Shown one piece after another: positions 10,079 to 21,027 of a stretch of 64,000 nt of DNA. Below the pieces are notes generated by a model. It ran no database searches and was not told where the DNA came from. It was given only the letters and a program-made list of their open reading frames with translations. The position numbers were made by a program, and so were the translations under genes. The stretch's first letter is position 1. Each line of letters opens with the position of its first letter. This stretch comes from a bacterium (GTDB lineage: Bacteria; UBA8248): contig OY843592.1 of NCBI GenBank assembly GCA_963692865.2, forward strand, positions 1,120,001 through 1,184,000, given 5' to 3'.

Positions 10079-10313
10079 CGCCTTGGCGTCATGGTCGGGT
10101 GTGGCGGTGGGTTCGTCATTTCTGGCCCCCGGCGCTATCGTCAAACCGGGTTTTCTTCGGGTGATGGGGAGAGGCGCGCCAGGGTCCGATCTCATCTCCT
10201 TAAATGAAACCCGGGAAACATCCTCTCTGAAACGTCTCTCCACTCGCAGTTTCACTTTCCATTACTGCTATTCGAAGAATACTATGAATGGATTCTGTTG
10301 CGCGAGGGATTTT

Positions 10314-11024
<711 letters not shown>

Positions 11025-11025
11025 G

Positions 11026-11781
11026 TCACTCCGCCTTTCCGAGATAGATTTCCTGCACCCTGGGGTCGTTGCGGATGTCGTTACTTGGTCCTTCGGCGAG
11101 AACCTCGCCGTAGTGCAGGACGCTGATGTGGGAGACGACCTCGAATATGACGTCCAGGTCGTGCTCGATGAGGAGGATGGCGATTCCGGGGTCGAGAGAT
11201 TTCAGGAAATTGGCCATCTCGCGGGATTCGCCCGTGGCCAGGCCGGCGGAAGGCTCGTCCAAAAGCAATACCTTCGGGTCGCTCGCCAGGGCCAGGACGA
11301 TTTCGAGCTGGCGCTGCTCCCCGTGAGAGAGGTTGCGGACCTCCTGATCCCGCAAATGCCAGAAGTTCACGTCGCTGAGCAGCTTTTCGGCCTTGTCGTA
11401 CACGTCCTTGTACTTGGAAAGGGGCTTGAACATCACCATCTTCATCTTCCGAAGGCCCTGCGCGGCGAGCAGGACGTTTTCGAGTACGGTGAGCTTGGGA
11501 AACAGGCTGGTGATCTGGAAAGTGCGCGCCATCCCCAAAGCCACGCGCTTGTGGGTGGGCCATCCCGAGACGTCCTGTCCGAAGAGGCGGATGCGGCCCG
11601 AGGTGAGCGGAAGCACGCCCGTTATCAGGTGAAAGAGCGTGGTCTTCCCCGCTCCGTTCGGCCCCAGGATTCCCCGCCGCTCGCCGAGGTTCAGGCGCAG
11701 GTTCACGTCCTCGACGGCGTGAAGGCCGCCGAAGTGCTTCGTGACGCTCTCAAGCTCCAGTCCTGGTTGCCCGTTCGCCAA
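11026..11781 (-). CDS. livG: ABC transporter ATP-binding protein (LivG-like)
   Basis: GPNGAGKTT, ARTFQ, LSHGEQR, LLDEPSAG, IEHD. Confidence 0.9.
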   Translation of the reverse strand: MANGQPGLELESVTKHFGGLHAVEDVNLRLNLGERRGILGPNGAGKTTLFHLITGVLPLTSGRIRLFGQDVSGWPTHKRVALGMARTFQITSLFPKLTVLENVLLAAQGLRKMKMVMFKPLSKYKDVYDKAEKLLSDVNFWHLRDQEVRNLSHGEQRQLEIVLALASDPKVLLLDEPSAGLATGESREMANFLKSLDPGIAILLIEHDLDVIFEVVSHISVLHYGEVLAEGPSNDIRNDPRVQEIYLGKAE

Positions 11782-11863
11782 AACGTAACTGCTCCTTCGA
11801 AAAGTCTGCCGGCGCGAATCCGCCGCCCGGGCAGTATGACCCGGGCGGCGGAGAAATTCGCCC

Positions 11864-13117
11864 TTACTTACAATGCGGGCACGGCGGGAACTTCTTGCTG
11901 TACACGGGGTCTTTCAGGAAATCCTTGTCCGACCACTTCCAGAACTGCCCCACGGCGGGGTAGGTTTTGATCACCATGTTCCAGAGCGAGTTCGACTTCA
12001 CGCCCAGGCCCAGACGATCGCCCTTCACGCGGGTCACCCGGCGGATATAGCTGTTCTGCACGGGATTTCCGTAAGCATCCAGATACACCGGCCCTCTGAT
12101 GGCGTCGATGCGGATGGCCTTGAACGCCTTGAGGAACGCATCTTTGTTGTCCGGCTTGTAGCCGATCTTCTTGAGCGCGAGGTCTACCCACTGGCCCGTG
12201 GTGTAGCAGGTCTCCGAATAGTAGGAGGCCATCTTCCCGTAGCGCTGCTGGTATTCCTTCACGAACGCCTTGTTCTTGTCCGTCGTGAGAGCGGCGCTGT
12301 ACTGCGCAGCCGTCACGTAGCCGAGCGTTTCATCGCCCATGCTGGGGAGGATGAACTCGTCCGCGCTCGTCACGCCGCCGAGCATCGGCATCTTGAAGCC
12401 CGCGGCCCGGAACTGTTTCGGGAAGGCCAGCGACATGGGGCCGACCATCAGGGTGAAGATGGCGTCGGCGTCCTTGGGTATCTGCGGCAGATAGGGGCCG
12501 AAGTCCTTCGTGCCGAGCTTCGCCCATATCTTCTTCACGATCTTGCCGCCGCGCGCCTCGAAGGCCTTGTGAAAGCCGCCCACTGTCTCGTAGCCGAACG
12601 CGTAGTCCGCGCCGATGGTGACCACGTTGCGGTAGCCCTGGTCGTAGGCCCACTCGCCGAGCGGATGGCTGTTCTGGCTGCTCGTGAAGCCGCTGCGCAG
12701 GAAGTATTTGAAGAGCTTGCGCTGGGTGAGGTCGTCCGCCGCCGGCACGGGTGAGATGTAGGGCGTCTTGAAGCGGTTGGCCACCGGCGCGAGCGCATAC
12801 CCGGTGCTGGCGAGCAGGCCGCCGATGAACATGTGCACCTTGTCGCGCTTGATGAGCTTGAGCGCCTTGCGCACGTTCACGGCCGGCTTGCCGGTCGAGT
12901 CCTCGAGGATGAACTTGACGTCCAGGGGACCCATCTTGTTCTTCGTGTGCGCCATGTACATCTTGAAGCCGTTGCTCATGTCCTTGCCGATCTGGGCGAA
13001 GATGCCCGTCATCGGCGCGATGAACCCGATGCGAACCTCGGCGGCCCGGGCGCTGCCGAATCCCGTGGAAACGGCGAGGCCGAGTACTGCGATGATGGTG
13101 ATGAGTTTTCGTTTCAT
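11864..13117 (-). CDS. LivJ/K-type (Peripla_BP_6) ABC substrate-binding protein
   Basis: True start taken as MKRKLITII (RBS GAGGGAGG upstream), followed by a signal peptide, IGFIAPMTG and ADYAFG. The upstream part of the 990-aa ORF overlaps the permease genes and is spurious. Confidence 0.9.
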   Translation of the reverse strand: MKRKLITIIAVLGLAVSTGFGSARAAEVRIGFIAPMTGIFAQIGKDMSNGFKMYMAHTKNKMGPLDVKFILEDSTGKPAVNVRKALKLIKRDKVHMFIGGLLASTGYALAPVANRFKTPYISPVPAADDLTQRKLFKYFLRSGFTSSQNSHPLGEWAYDQGYRNVVTIGADYAFGYETVGGFHKAFEARGGKIVKKIWAKLGTKDFGPYLPQIPKDADAIFTLMVGPMSLAFPKQFRAAGFKMPMLGGVTSADEFILPSMGDETLGYVTAAQYSAALTTDKNKAFVKEYQQRYGKMASYYSETCYTTGQWVDLALKKIGYKPDNKDAFLKAFKAIRIDAIRGPVYLDAYGNPVQNSYIRRVTRVKGDRLGLGVKSNSLWNMVIKTYPAVGQFWKWSDKDFLKDPVYSKKFPPCPHCK

Positions 13118-13170
13118 CTTTTTTCCTCCCTCAATTCGTCTCGACGAAGAGACGCGGTGCCGCGCCGCCT

Positions 13171-14196
13171 TCAACCCTCCGGGGTTTCCGGCGGAGCGGC
13201 GGGTTTGCGGAACTTGCCGAACAATCCGAGTATGCCTTCGACGCCGTAGAGGCGTCCCAACATGATGGTGATGATGTAGATGGCGCCCAGAATCAGCGGC
13301 CAGCGCTCCACGTAGATGCTGATGAACTGCTGGAGGGAGCGGATGATGGCCGAGCCGATCACCGGGCCGACGAGCGTGGCGGGTCCGCCCAGCGCCACCA
13401 TGAAGAGCGCCTCGGCCGAGGTGATGAGTTCGATGTCGGGCGGACTCACGAAGAGGTTGAACAGCGTCCACATCACGCCGGCAACGCCGCTGAAAACGCC
13501 CGCGATGATGAACGCGAGGTATTTGTGGAGCCAGATGTTGTAGCCGAGCATTTGCATGCGCGCCTCGCGCTCCCGGATTCCGACCAGGGTTTTCCCGAAG
13601 GGGCTTCTCACGAACATGTACATGAGGCCCAGGCATATCAGGAACACCGCGAGCGTGAAGTAGAAGAACGGGATTTCCGACTCCAGCGATATGCCGAACA
13701 GGGACGGTCTCCCCAGCACGTTGATGCCGTTGTCCCCTTCCGTCACGGCGCTCCAGCGGTACGCCAGACCCCAGATGACCATCGCGAGCGAGAGGGTGAT
13801 CATCAGGAAATAGACGCCCACGGCGCGGATGGCCAGAAAACCGAAGAACGCGGCGAAGGCCAGGGCGACGACGAGCGCGAATATAAAGATGTAGAAAAGG
13901 CCCAGCCCCAGCGAGTCCGCCCACTGGAAGGCGGCGAAGGTCCACGTCCAGTCTTCTTTCGTCATGATGATGGCCGTGGTGTATGAGGCGACGCCGAAAT
14001 AGGCGGCGTGTCCCAGTGAGGCCAGTCCGGTGAATCCCAGCAGGAGGTCCAGACTCATGGCCAGGATGCCGAAGACGAGGATCTCCGTCACCAGGCTCTG
14101 CATGAAGAGGTCGAGAAACGGAGTGACGACGCCGAGAGCGACGAATACGCCGAGAACGACGAGCACCCTTCTTTTCTCCGCCAGGTTCTCCACCAC
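13171..14196 (-). CDS. livM: LivM-like ABC permease
   Basis: GFTGLASLGHAAYFG, GVYFLMITL, SPFGKTLVGIRERE, LGGPATLVGP. Confidence 0.88.
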   Translation of the reverse strand: MVENLAEKRRVLVVLGVFVALGVVTPFLDLFMQSLVTEILVFGILAMSLDLLLGFTGLASLGHAAYFGVASYTTAIIMTKEDWTWTFAAFQWADSLGLGLFYIFIFALVVALAFAAFFGFLAIRAVGVYFLMITLSLAMVIWGLAYRWSAVTEGDNGINVLGRPSLFGISLESEIPFFYFTLAVFLICLGLMYMFVRSPFGKTLVGIREREARMQMLGYNIWLHKYLAFIIAGVFSGVAGVMWTLFNLFVSPPDIELITSAEALFMVALGGPATLVGPVIGSAIIRSLQQFISIYVERWPLILGAIYIITIMLGRLYGVEGILGLFGKFRKPAAPPETPEG

Positions 14197-14199
14197 GAC

Positions 14200-15297
14200 T
14201 CAACCCTTTCCGAACAGGCCGGTCGGCTTGATCGCCAGAATGATGGCCATGGGCGCGAAGAGCGCGAAATAGGAAAGCTCGGGAAACAGCGCGGTCCCGA
14301 AATTCTCGATGAAGCCGACCACGATGCTGCCGAGGACGGCGCCGCCCAGGCTGCCGAGGCCCCCGATGATCACCACGGCGAACGCGTAGGGGAGTATCTC
14401 GAAGTCGAGCCCCGGGTAGACGCCGAAGAACGCGCCGCCCACCACGCCGCCCGTGGCGGCGAGCAGCGCCCCGATGGCGAATATCGTCATTTGAACGACG
14501 TTGGTGTTGATGCCGATGCCGCGCGCCATCTCGGGGTCGTCCACCGCCGCGCGCATGATGGCGCCGAGGCGGGTGCGCTCTATCCCGAGGAACAGGGCCG
14601 CGGCCACCACGACGGCGATGACGATCATGAAGGCGCGGTACTGGGGCAGCGAGAGGCCCCAGACGACGGCGCTGAAGTTCAAGGGCCAGGGCTGTTTGAG
14701 CATGAAGTTGTCCCCGCCCCAGGTGTAGAGCGAGCCGTCTTGCAGGATGAACGCGAAGCCGATGGTCACCAGCACCTGGGAGAGCGTGTCCTGCCCGAGG
14801 CGGCGCAGGAAAAAGCGCTCGATGAACATCCCGCACAACGCCGCGATGGCCAGTGCGACGACGATGGCGGCCATCATGCCCGGGAAGTTAATCCTGTCGA
14901 CCGGTTTGACGGGCACGTGCGGGAAGAAGAGTTCGAAGAATCTGAAGCCCCATATCAGGCTGCACAAGGTTTCCAGTACGACGTAGGCGAGCAGGAGCGC
15001 AAGTGCTGCGTGTCTGGGAGCGACGCAGGCGTTAAGCCCCCGCCATGCGAAATAGAGCAGGGTCCACGAGACGAGCTGGATGATCCGGGGCATCAGGCTC
15101 AGGGAGCCGAAAATGATGTTGTAGAATTCGAGGGCGAGATAGCCTGCGAAGAGGAAAAAAGCGGCGTGCGCGAGGTTCACGATGCGCATCACGCCGAAGA
15201 TGAGCGAGAGTCCGCTGGCAAGAAGAAACAGAATCGCGGCGTAGGAGAGGGAGTTATAGCTGAGAACGAGAATGTTCGTGAAGCTCAGAGTGGTCAT
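14200..15297 (-). CDS. livH: LivH-like ABC permease with an extra hydrophobic insertion
   Basis: ASGLSLIFGVMRIVNLAH, TRLGAIMRA, IIGGLGSLGG. Confidence 0.88.
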   Translation of the reverse strand: MTTLSFTNILVLSYNSLSYAAILFLLASGLSLIFGVMRIVNLAHAAFFLFAGYLALEFYNIIFGSLSLMPRIIQLVSWTLLYFAWRGLNACVAPRHAALALLLAYVVLETLCSLIWGFRFFELFFPHVPVKPVDRINFPGMMAAIVVALAIAALCGMFIERFFLRRLGQDTLSQVLVTIGFAFILQDGSLYTWGGDNFMLKQPWPLNFSAVVWGLSLPQYRAFMIVIAVVVAAALFLGIERTRLGAIMRAAVDDPEMARGIGINTNVVQMTIFAIGALLAATGGVVGGAFFGVYPGLDFEILPYAFAVVIIGGLGSLGGAVLGSIVVGFIENFGTALFPELSYFALFAPMAIILAIKPTGLFGKG

Positions 15298-15593
15298 GCA
15301 AGTCTCTCTCTAGTCCGGGGACGGTACGCTTCAAAAACAAGTCCCCCGCTGCGCGTCACCGGGTCGTCAAGCCACACGGGAACCGAGATGAAATATGGTT
15401 CTGAATCGTTCATTATGTCCACGATTCAGGGTGTGGGTCAAGTTGACGGGATGTGGGGTTTTTCGCGCTCCCTCCTTTTCGCTGGTAAAAACTCACGCGG
15501 AAAGATAGAGTTCGCAATGTCGTGTTTTTCCATTTTGCGACTGTGGGCGATGCGCGTTTCGCTTCCGTTAGGGTGATGTTTCATTCCGGTTGA

Positions 15594-16853
15594 ATGGTCA
15601 TGTGCGCTGATATTCCCGAGGGTAGAATTTTCAGGAACGCCAGGATCGATTCGGGCGATGCGCTGGCGGATTTGCGCGTCGCCGGGGGCCGGTTTTCGGG
15701 AATATCGCCGGGGATCGAGAACGAGGCCGGCTGCGAGGAGGTCGATTTGGGCGGCCGCGCCGTGCTGCCGGCGTTCGTCGAGAGCCACATTCATCTGGAC
15801 AAGGCGTTTCTGGAAGAGCGCGAGCCCAATCTATCCGGCACGCTAGAAGACGCCATATCCATCACGCTTGCTCTGAAGAAAACCGTCACGGAACAAGACA
15901 TCATGGCGCGCGCCGAACGCGCGCTGCGCATGTGCATCCGGCACGGCGCCACGTGGTTCCGCGCGCAGGTGGAGGTCGACCCCATCGTCGGGTTGAAGGG
16001 AGTGGAAGTCGCCCTGGCGCTCAAGGAGAAGTACGCGAGTATAGCGGATTTTCAACTCGTCATTTTTCCCCAGGAAGGCATCGAGCAGCAGCCGGGAACG
16101 GAGGATTTGATGCGCGAGGCCATGCGGATGGGCGGGGACCTCGTGGGCGGAATCCCGTATAACGACCTGGACGCCGAGCGGCATCTGGACGTCGTTTTCG
16201 GGATGGCCGAGGCGTTCGGCTGCGGGCTGGACTTTCATCTCGATTTCGCGGACGACCCCCGGGTGAGGAATATCGAATCCGTGGCCGCCCGCACGATGGC
16301 CGCAGGCTTGCAGGGCCGGGTGGCCGTCGGCCATCTCACCTCCCTGGGCGCCATGCCAAGGGATGTGGCTGCGCCGGTCATCGAGAAGATTCTCGAGGCG
16401 GGCATCTCCGTCCTGCCCCTGCCGGCGACGGATCTGTTCCTGGGCGGCAGGGGGGAGGAGCCGCCTCGCTTCAGAAGCCTCGCGCCCGTCACGGACCTGC
16501 TGAGCGCGGGCGTCAACGTCGCCATTTCATCGAACAACATCCGCAACGCCTTCACGCCCTCGGGACGCGGCGATTTGCTCGAAATCGGCCTGCTCCTCGC
16601 CCATGCGCTCCACATGAGCGGCGCATCGGAGAGGAGCGTGGTGCCTAAGCTTTTCACGACCAACGGCGCGAAGGCGTTGGGGGTGGAGGAGGGCTACGGC
16701 CTGCGATCCGGCTGCGCGGCCGATTTCGTGGTCCTGGATTCTAAGAATTACGACGACGTTCTCATCGATCAGCCCGAGAAGCGGTTCGTGGTGAAGGGAG
16801 GACGCATCATCGTGGAGAACGTCGCGCAGACGATCTGGCCGGAGGCGGATTGA
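15594..16853 (+). CDS. Cytosine/creatinine deaminase-family amidohydrolase
   Basis: ESHIHLDKA, FPQEG, GGIP, DFHLD, GHLTSL, NNIRNAFTPSG. Confidence 0.85.
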   Translation: MVMCADIPEGRIFRNARIDSGDALADLRVAGGRFSGISPGIENEAGCEEVDLGGRAVLPAFVESHIHLDKAFLEEREPNLSGTLEDAISITLALKKTVTEQDIMARAERALRMCIRHGATWFRAQVEVDPIVGLKGVEVALALKEKYASIADFQLVIFPQEGIEQQPGTEDLMREAMRMGGDLVGGIPYNDLDAERHLDVVFGMAEAFGCGLDFHLDFADDPRVRNIESVAARTMAAGLQGRVAVGHLTSLGAMPRDVAAPVIEKILEAGISVLPLPATDLFLGGRGEEPPRFRSLAPVTDLLSAGVNVAISSNNIRNAFTPSGRGDLLEIGLLLAHALHMSGASERSVVPKLFTTNGAKALGVEEGYGLRSGCAADFVVLDSKNYDDVLIDQPEKRFVVKGGRIIVENVAQTIWPEAD

Positions 16854-18103
16854 TGGGCGTGATCTCGGACGCGAACGCGGAGGCCCTCACCCGCATCATC
16901 GAGGCGGAACCCGTCCTGGTGGACGTGCGCCCGGCGGGCGAGGTGATACCGGGTCTGGAGGAGGGCGTTCTCCTTCACGCCGGCCCCCCGATCGAGTGGG
17001 AGCGGATGTGCGGCCCCCTGCGCGGGGCGGTTGCGGGAGCGGCCGTCCTGGAGGGCTGGGCAGGAGATTTGGCTTCGGGCGAAGCGCTCGCCGCCTCGGG
17101 CGGAATCGCGTTTCATCCCAATCATCATTTCGACGCCGTCGGCCCCATGACGGGCATCACCACGCGCTCGATGCCGGTGATGATCGTGGAGAACAGAAAA
17201 TTCGGGAACCGGGCGTTTTGCACCCTGAACGAGGGTCTGGGGAAGGTGATGCGCTTCGGCGGGAACGACGAGGAGGTGCTGAACCGCCTTCGCTGGCTGG
17301 CGGAGCGCCTCGCGCCCGCGCTCTCGGACGCCCTTGAGATCACCGGAGGGCTGCCGCTCAAGAGCATCATCGCCCGGGGGCTCTCGATGGGGGACGAAAT
17401 GCACCAGCGCAACGTGGCCTGCACGAGCCTCTTCGTGCGCGAGGCGGCGCCCGCGCTGGCGCGCGTCGTGAGGGAGAGCAAGGCGCTGGAGGAGATATTG
17501 TCCTTCATCGGCGGAAACGACCAGTTTTTCCTGAACGTCGCGATGGCGACCGGCAAGGCGGTGATGGACCCGGTGCGCGGCATCGCGGCCTCGAGCGTCG
17601 TCACGGCGATGTGCCGCAACGGAACGGACTTCGGGATCCGGATGAGCGCGACGGGGGATGCGTGGTTCACCGCGCCGGTGGAGATGCCGGAGGGTCTCTA
17701 TTTCCCCGGCTTCGGCGAGGACGACGCGAATCCGGACATGGGCGATTCCACGATCATCGAGACGATGGGGCTGGGGGGATTCGCCATGGCCGCCGCGCCC
17801 GCCGTCGTGGGGTTCGTGGGTGCGGGAAGCGCTGCGGATGCGCTCAATTATTCGCGCTCCATGTACGAGATCACCCAGGGCCGAAACCCCGAGTGGACGA
17901 TTCCCGCCCTCGATTTTCAGGGGGTTCCCACAGGCATCGACATCACCAGGGTGGTGAAGCTGGGCGTTACGCCCGTCATCAACACAGGCATCGCGCACAA
18001 GGAACCCGGCGTCGGCCAGGTGGGCGCGGGCGTGGTGCGCGCGCCGCTCGCCTGTTTCGAACAGGCGCTCGAAGCCTATGGCGCGAAGATGGGCATGGTC
18101 TGA
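16850..18103 (+). CDS. DUF1116 (YahG/YlbE; AllG-like) protein
   Basis: LHAGPPI.W.RMCGP, AVGPMTG, NEGLGKVMRFG, MGDEMHQRN, RNGTDFG, NPDMGDS, INTGIAHK. The start overlaps the deaminase stop. Confidence 0.85.
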   Translation: MMGVISDANAEALTRIIEAEPVLVDVRPAGEVIPGLEEGVLLHAGPPIEWERMCGPLRGAVAGAAVLEGWAGDLASGEALAASGGIAFHPNHHFDAVGPMTGITTRSMPVMIVENRKFGNRAFCTLNEGLGKVMRFGGNDEEVLNRLRWLAERLAPALSDALEITGGLPLKSIIARGLSMGDEMHQRNVACTSLFVREAAPALARVVRESKALEEILSFIGGNDQFFLNVAMATGKAVMDPVRGIAASSVVTAMCRNGTDFGIRMSATGDAWFTAPVEMPEGLYFPGFGEDDANPDMGDSTIIETMGLGGFAMAAAPAVVGFVGAGSAADALNYSRSMYEITQGRNPEWTIPALDFQGVPTGIDITRVVKLGVTPVINTGIAHKEPGVGQVGAGVVRAPLACFEQALEAYGAKMGMV

Positions 18104-18109
18104 GGCTTC

Positions 18110-19783
18110 CTAGTTCTCCAGGCGTTCGTATTCGATGTGGGCGTCGATCAGATACGGCTTGCCGCTTGCCAGTCCCTTTTCCATGGCCTCTCTGAGTTCG
18201 GCAGGCGTTTTCGCTCGAATGGCGCTCACGCCCATGGACCCGGCCATCTGGATGAAATCGAGTTCGGGCTCCTTGAAATCCATGGCGACGAATTGCCGGT
18301 GCTCCTGCGTTTTGCCGTCGAGCCGCAGGACTCGCTCTTTGAGAATCCGGTAGCTCTTGTTGTTCAGAATCACGAACACGGTGTCCAGGTCGTATTTCGC
18401 GGCGCTCCACAGCGCCTGAATGGCGTACATCGCGGAGCCGTCTCCCGAGAGGCAGACCACGGGCGTATCGGGCAGGGCCTTCTTTACCCCGAGCGCGCTG
18501 GGCAGTCCCAGACCGATGCCGCCTCCCTTCATGCCGAAGATGGAATCTATCTTGCCCGCGACTGCGCTCTTGAGGCCGCCCCCATGCCCCATGGTGAGAG
18601 CTTCATCCACCAGCGCCGTCCCTTGAGGCAGCGCCTCTCCGAATGCGGCCTGGAAGGACTCTTTCGTCAAGGGGCCGCCGGCGTCGCCCGCCTTGGGGGC
18701 GGTTTCTCTTCTCGATGCCGCCAGTTCCTTCTCGATCCACGCGCGGCGCTCGGCAGCGCTTTGAAGGCCGGATTCTCCCATTTTCTTTTCCACCGCCCCG
18801 GTGAGTTCGACGAGCGTGGTCCTGGGGTCTCCCAGCATGGCGACGTCGACGGGGAAGTTCTTGCCGATCTCCCAGGGGTCCAGGTCCAGATGAATGATCC
18901 GCGCGCCGCGCGGCGCCAGCGGACCTTCCGGCGGGAAGGAGAAGGTGTAGGTCTCCGTGCCGATGAAGAACACGACGTCTGAGTCTTCCAGCTGATCCAG
19001 CAGCGGCTCGATGGTGTTCAGGAGTTCTCCCGCGTACAGGGGATGGGTGAGGGATACCGAGAGGGAGTTCGGGCGGTTGTCCGAGAATACCTTCGCCCCG
19101 ATGCGCTCCGCCAGCCGGGTGACTTCGCCCACCGCGCCCGAGCGGGTGACGCGCGATCCGGTGACGATGTAGGGGTTCTCGGCTTCTGAGAGTATCTGCG
19201 CCGCGCGCTCGATGGATTCCGCAGGCGCAGGAAACGCGCTCGAAAGCCGCGTGGGGCGGCCCGTGGGGCCTCCCGTCTCGGCCAGCATGACGTCGCCGGG
19301 AAGCGAGAGGAAAACCGGACCCGTGGGCGGCGTGAGCGCGTATTTGATCGCCCGGCGGACACTTTGCTCCAGATCTTCCACCCGGCGCACTTCATAGGAC
19401 CATTTGGTGAGCGGCTCCGCCATGCGGGGCAGATCGTCCCAGAGCACGGGCTCGGAGAGTTGGCCGCGCTGGCCCTGGTTGCCCGCCGTGACGATGAGTG
19501 GCGTGCCGGCTCGCTTGATGTTGTAGAGCATGCCCATGGCGTTGCCGAGACCGGGCGCGACGTGGAGGTTCACCACGCCCACGCCGCCGGAGGCGTAGGC
19601 GTAGCCCTCGGCCGCGCCGATGGTGACGGACTCCTGGAGGCAGAGGATGTAGTCGAGCCTGCTCTCGTTCACCAGCGCGTCCATCAGGGGCAGCTCGGTG
19701 GTGCCCGGGTTGCCGAACATGCAGTCGACGCCCTCGTCGATGAGTGTTTCCAGGAACAGGTCCGAGCCGTTGCCGCTTTTCAT
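18110..19783 (-). CDS. ThDP-dependent enzyme, benzoylformate decarboxylase-like
   Basis: FGNPGTTELP, LHVAPGLGNA, and the GDGS...NN ThDP motif. Confidence 0.87.
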   Translation of the reverse strand: MKSGNGSDLFLETLIDEGVDCMFGNPGTTELPLMDALVNESRLDYILCLQESVTIGAAEGYAYASGGVGVVNLHVAPGLGNAMGMLYNIKRAGTPLIVTAGNQGQRGQLSEPVLWDDLPRMAEPLTKWSYEVRRVEDLEQSVRRAIKYALTPPTGPVFLSLPGDVMLAETGGPTGRPTRLSSAFPAPAESIERAAQILSEAENPYIVTGSRVTRSGAVGEVTRLAERIGAKVFSDNRPNSLSVSLTHPLYAGELLNTIEPLLDQLEDSDVVFFIGTETYTFSFPPEGPLAPRGARIIHLDLDPWEIGKNFPVDVAMLGDPRTTLVELTGAVEKKMGESGLQSAAERRAWIEKELAASRRETAPKAGDAGGPLTKESFQAAFGEALPQGTALVDEALTMGHGGGLKSAVAGKIDSIFGMKGGGIGLGLPSALGVKKALPDTPVVCLSGDGSAMYAIQALWSAAKYDLDTVFVILNNKSYRILKERVLRLDGKTQEHRQFVAMDFKEPELDFIQMAGSMGVSAIRAKTPAELREAMEKGLASGKPYLIDAHIEYERLEN

Positions 19784-19815
19784 GCGCTCTCCCTCGCGAG
19801 AAGTTTCAGACTTGG

Positions 19816-20991
19816 TCAGAAGATGGATTTCGCCTCATTTTGACTCAAAACGAAGTTCGACGCCATTTGCAGGCACTTCTCCGTGCTGGGCGGCATCACC
19901 AGCGCGGCCCTGGCGTCGCGGTGAAACCGCTGGAGCGGCTTGTCGTTCAGCAGGCCGGGTCCGCCCGCGATTTTGAGCGCCTTTTCCGTCATGGAACCCG
20001 CCGCTTCGGAAGCGGTGTATTTCGCCTCGTTGATGAAGGGGATGGCCTGTTCCGCGCCCCGGGTCTCCAGCACCCAGGCGGCTTTCTGGATCATGATGAG
20101 CGCGGTCTCATAAGCGATCTTCATCTCCCCGATCTGGCGCTGAATCGCCGGGTAGCTCGCGATGGGCGCGTTGTCGGGCAGGAGTTTTCGCTTGAGCGCA
20201 TAGTCCACGATCCAGTCCAGGGCGGCTGCGCCCGCGCCCAGATAGACGGCGGCGTAACCCAGGCCGAACCTGGGCACGAAATCGGGCTGGAGGATGCCCT
20301 CGCCCGTACCCACGATGTTGCGCGCCGGAACCCGCACGTCCTCATAGGCGAGCGCGTGGCTGGCCGTGCCCCGCATGGCGAAGGCGTCCCAGCGGGTCGG
20401 GATGGTGATGCCTTCGAGGTTCTTGTCCAGCACAGCCCAGCGCAGGCCGTTTTTGAGTTCCTCGACGCCTTCGAGCAGACACCAGAGCACGTAAAAATCC
20501 GCCTCCCCGGCCATGGAGCAGAAGTACTTCCGGCCGTTGATGACGTATTCATCGCCCTCTCTGCGCGCGCGCGTGGTGATGGTGCGGTTCCACTGGGGGC
20601 TGGAGGCCGCCTCGCCCGCATGGCTGCCGAAAATGGCCCCGCTCGCGGCCGCATCGGCGAATCGGCTTTTTTGCTCCTCATCCGAGAGCGTGAGGAGGAA
20701 GTATAGAATCGAGCTGTGCATGTGGAGCGTCATGGCGGTGTTCGTGCAGCCCTTGCTCAGTTCGTGAAACACCATGGTGTAGCAAACCGGATCGCTCCAG
20801 AGCGCCCGCCCGCCATGGGATTCGGGCAGCGTGAGGCGCGTGAAGCCCTCCCGGGTCAAGGCGTCGAAACTCTCTCTCGGAAAGCGTTGCTCCTGATCGC
20901 ATTCGTCCGCGTAGCGGGCCAGTACGTCTCCGGCGAGTTCTCCGGCCTGATCGATCAGAGCTTCGTTTTTCGGGTTTAGGCGAAGGTCCAT
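19816..20991 (-). CDS. Acyl-CoA dehydrogenase-fold flavoprotein (possibly a monooxygenase)
   Basis: INGRKYFCS, AMRGTAS, IQRQIGEM, RFHRDARA. Ends VMPP with no canonical YEG motif. Confidence 0.8.
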   Translation of the reverse strand: MDLRLNPKNEALIDQAGELAGDVLARYADECDQEQRFPRESFDALTREGFTRLTLPESHGGRALWSDPVCYTMVFHELSKGCTNTAMTLHMHSSILYFLLTLSDEEQKSRFADAAASGAIFGSHAGEAASSPQWNRTITTRARREGDEYVINGRKYFCSMAGEADFYVLWCLLEGVEELKNGLRWAVLDKNLEGITIPTRWDAFAMRGTASHALAYEDVRVPARNIVGTGEGILQPDFVPRFGLGYAAVYLGAGAAALDWIVDYALKRKLLPDNAPIASYPAIQRQIGEMKIAYETALIMIQKAAWVLETRGAEQAIPFINEAKYTASEAAGSMTEKALKIAGGPGLLNDKPLQRFHRDARAALVMPPSTEKCLQMASNFVLSQNEAKSIF

Positions 20992-21027
20992 GAATTCTCG
21001 TTGTAGGGCTCGTAAATGAAAATGAAT

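Noticed and set aside
8048-10207. Long antisense ORFs (e.g. 8048..10207 +, 52796..54964 -, 60133..62274 -, 43281..44789 +)
   Set aside because: Shadow ORFs expected opposite GC-rich genes, with no recognisable motifs.
13118-14836. N-terminal 573 aa of the 990-aa ORF, suggesting a giant fused binding protein
   Set aside because: It is an alternative frame over livH/livM with Arg/Pro/Gly-rich junk composition. The real gene starts at 13117 with an RBS and signal peptide.
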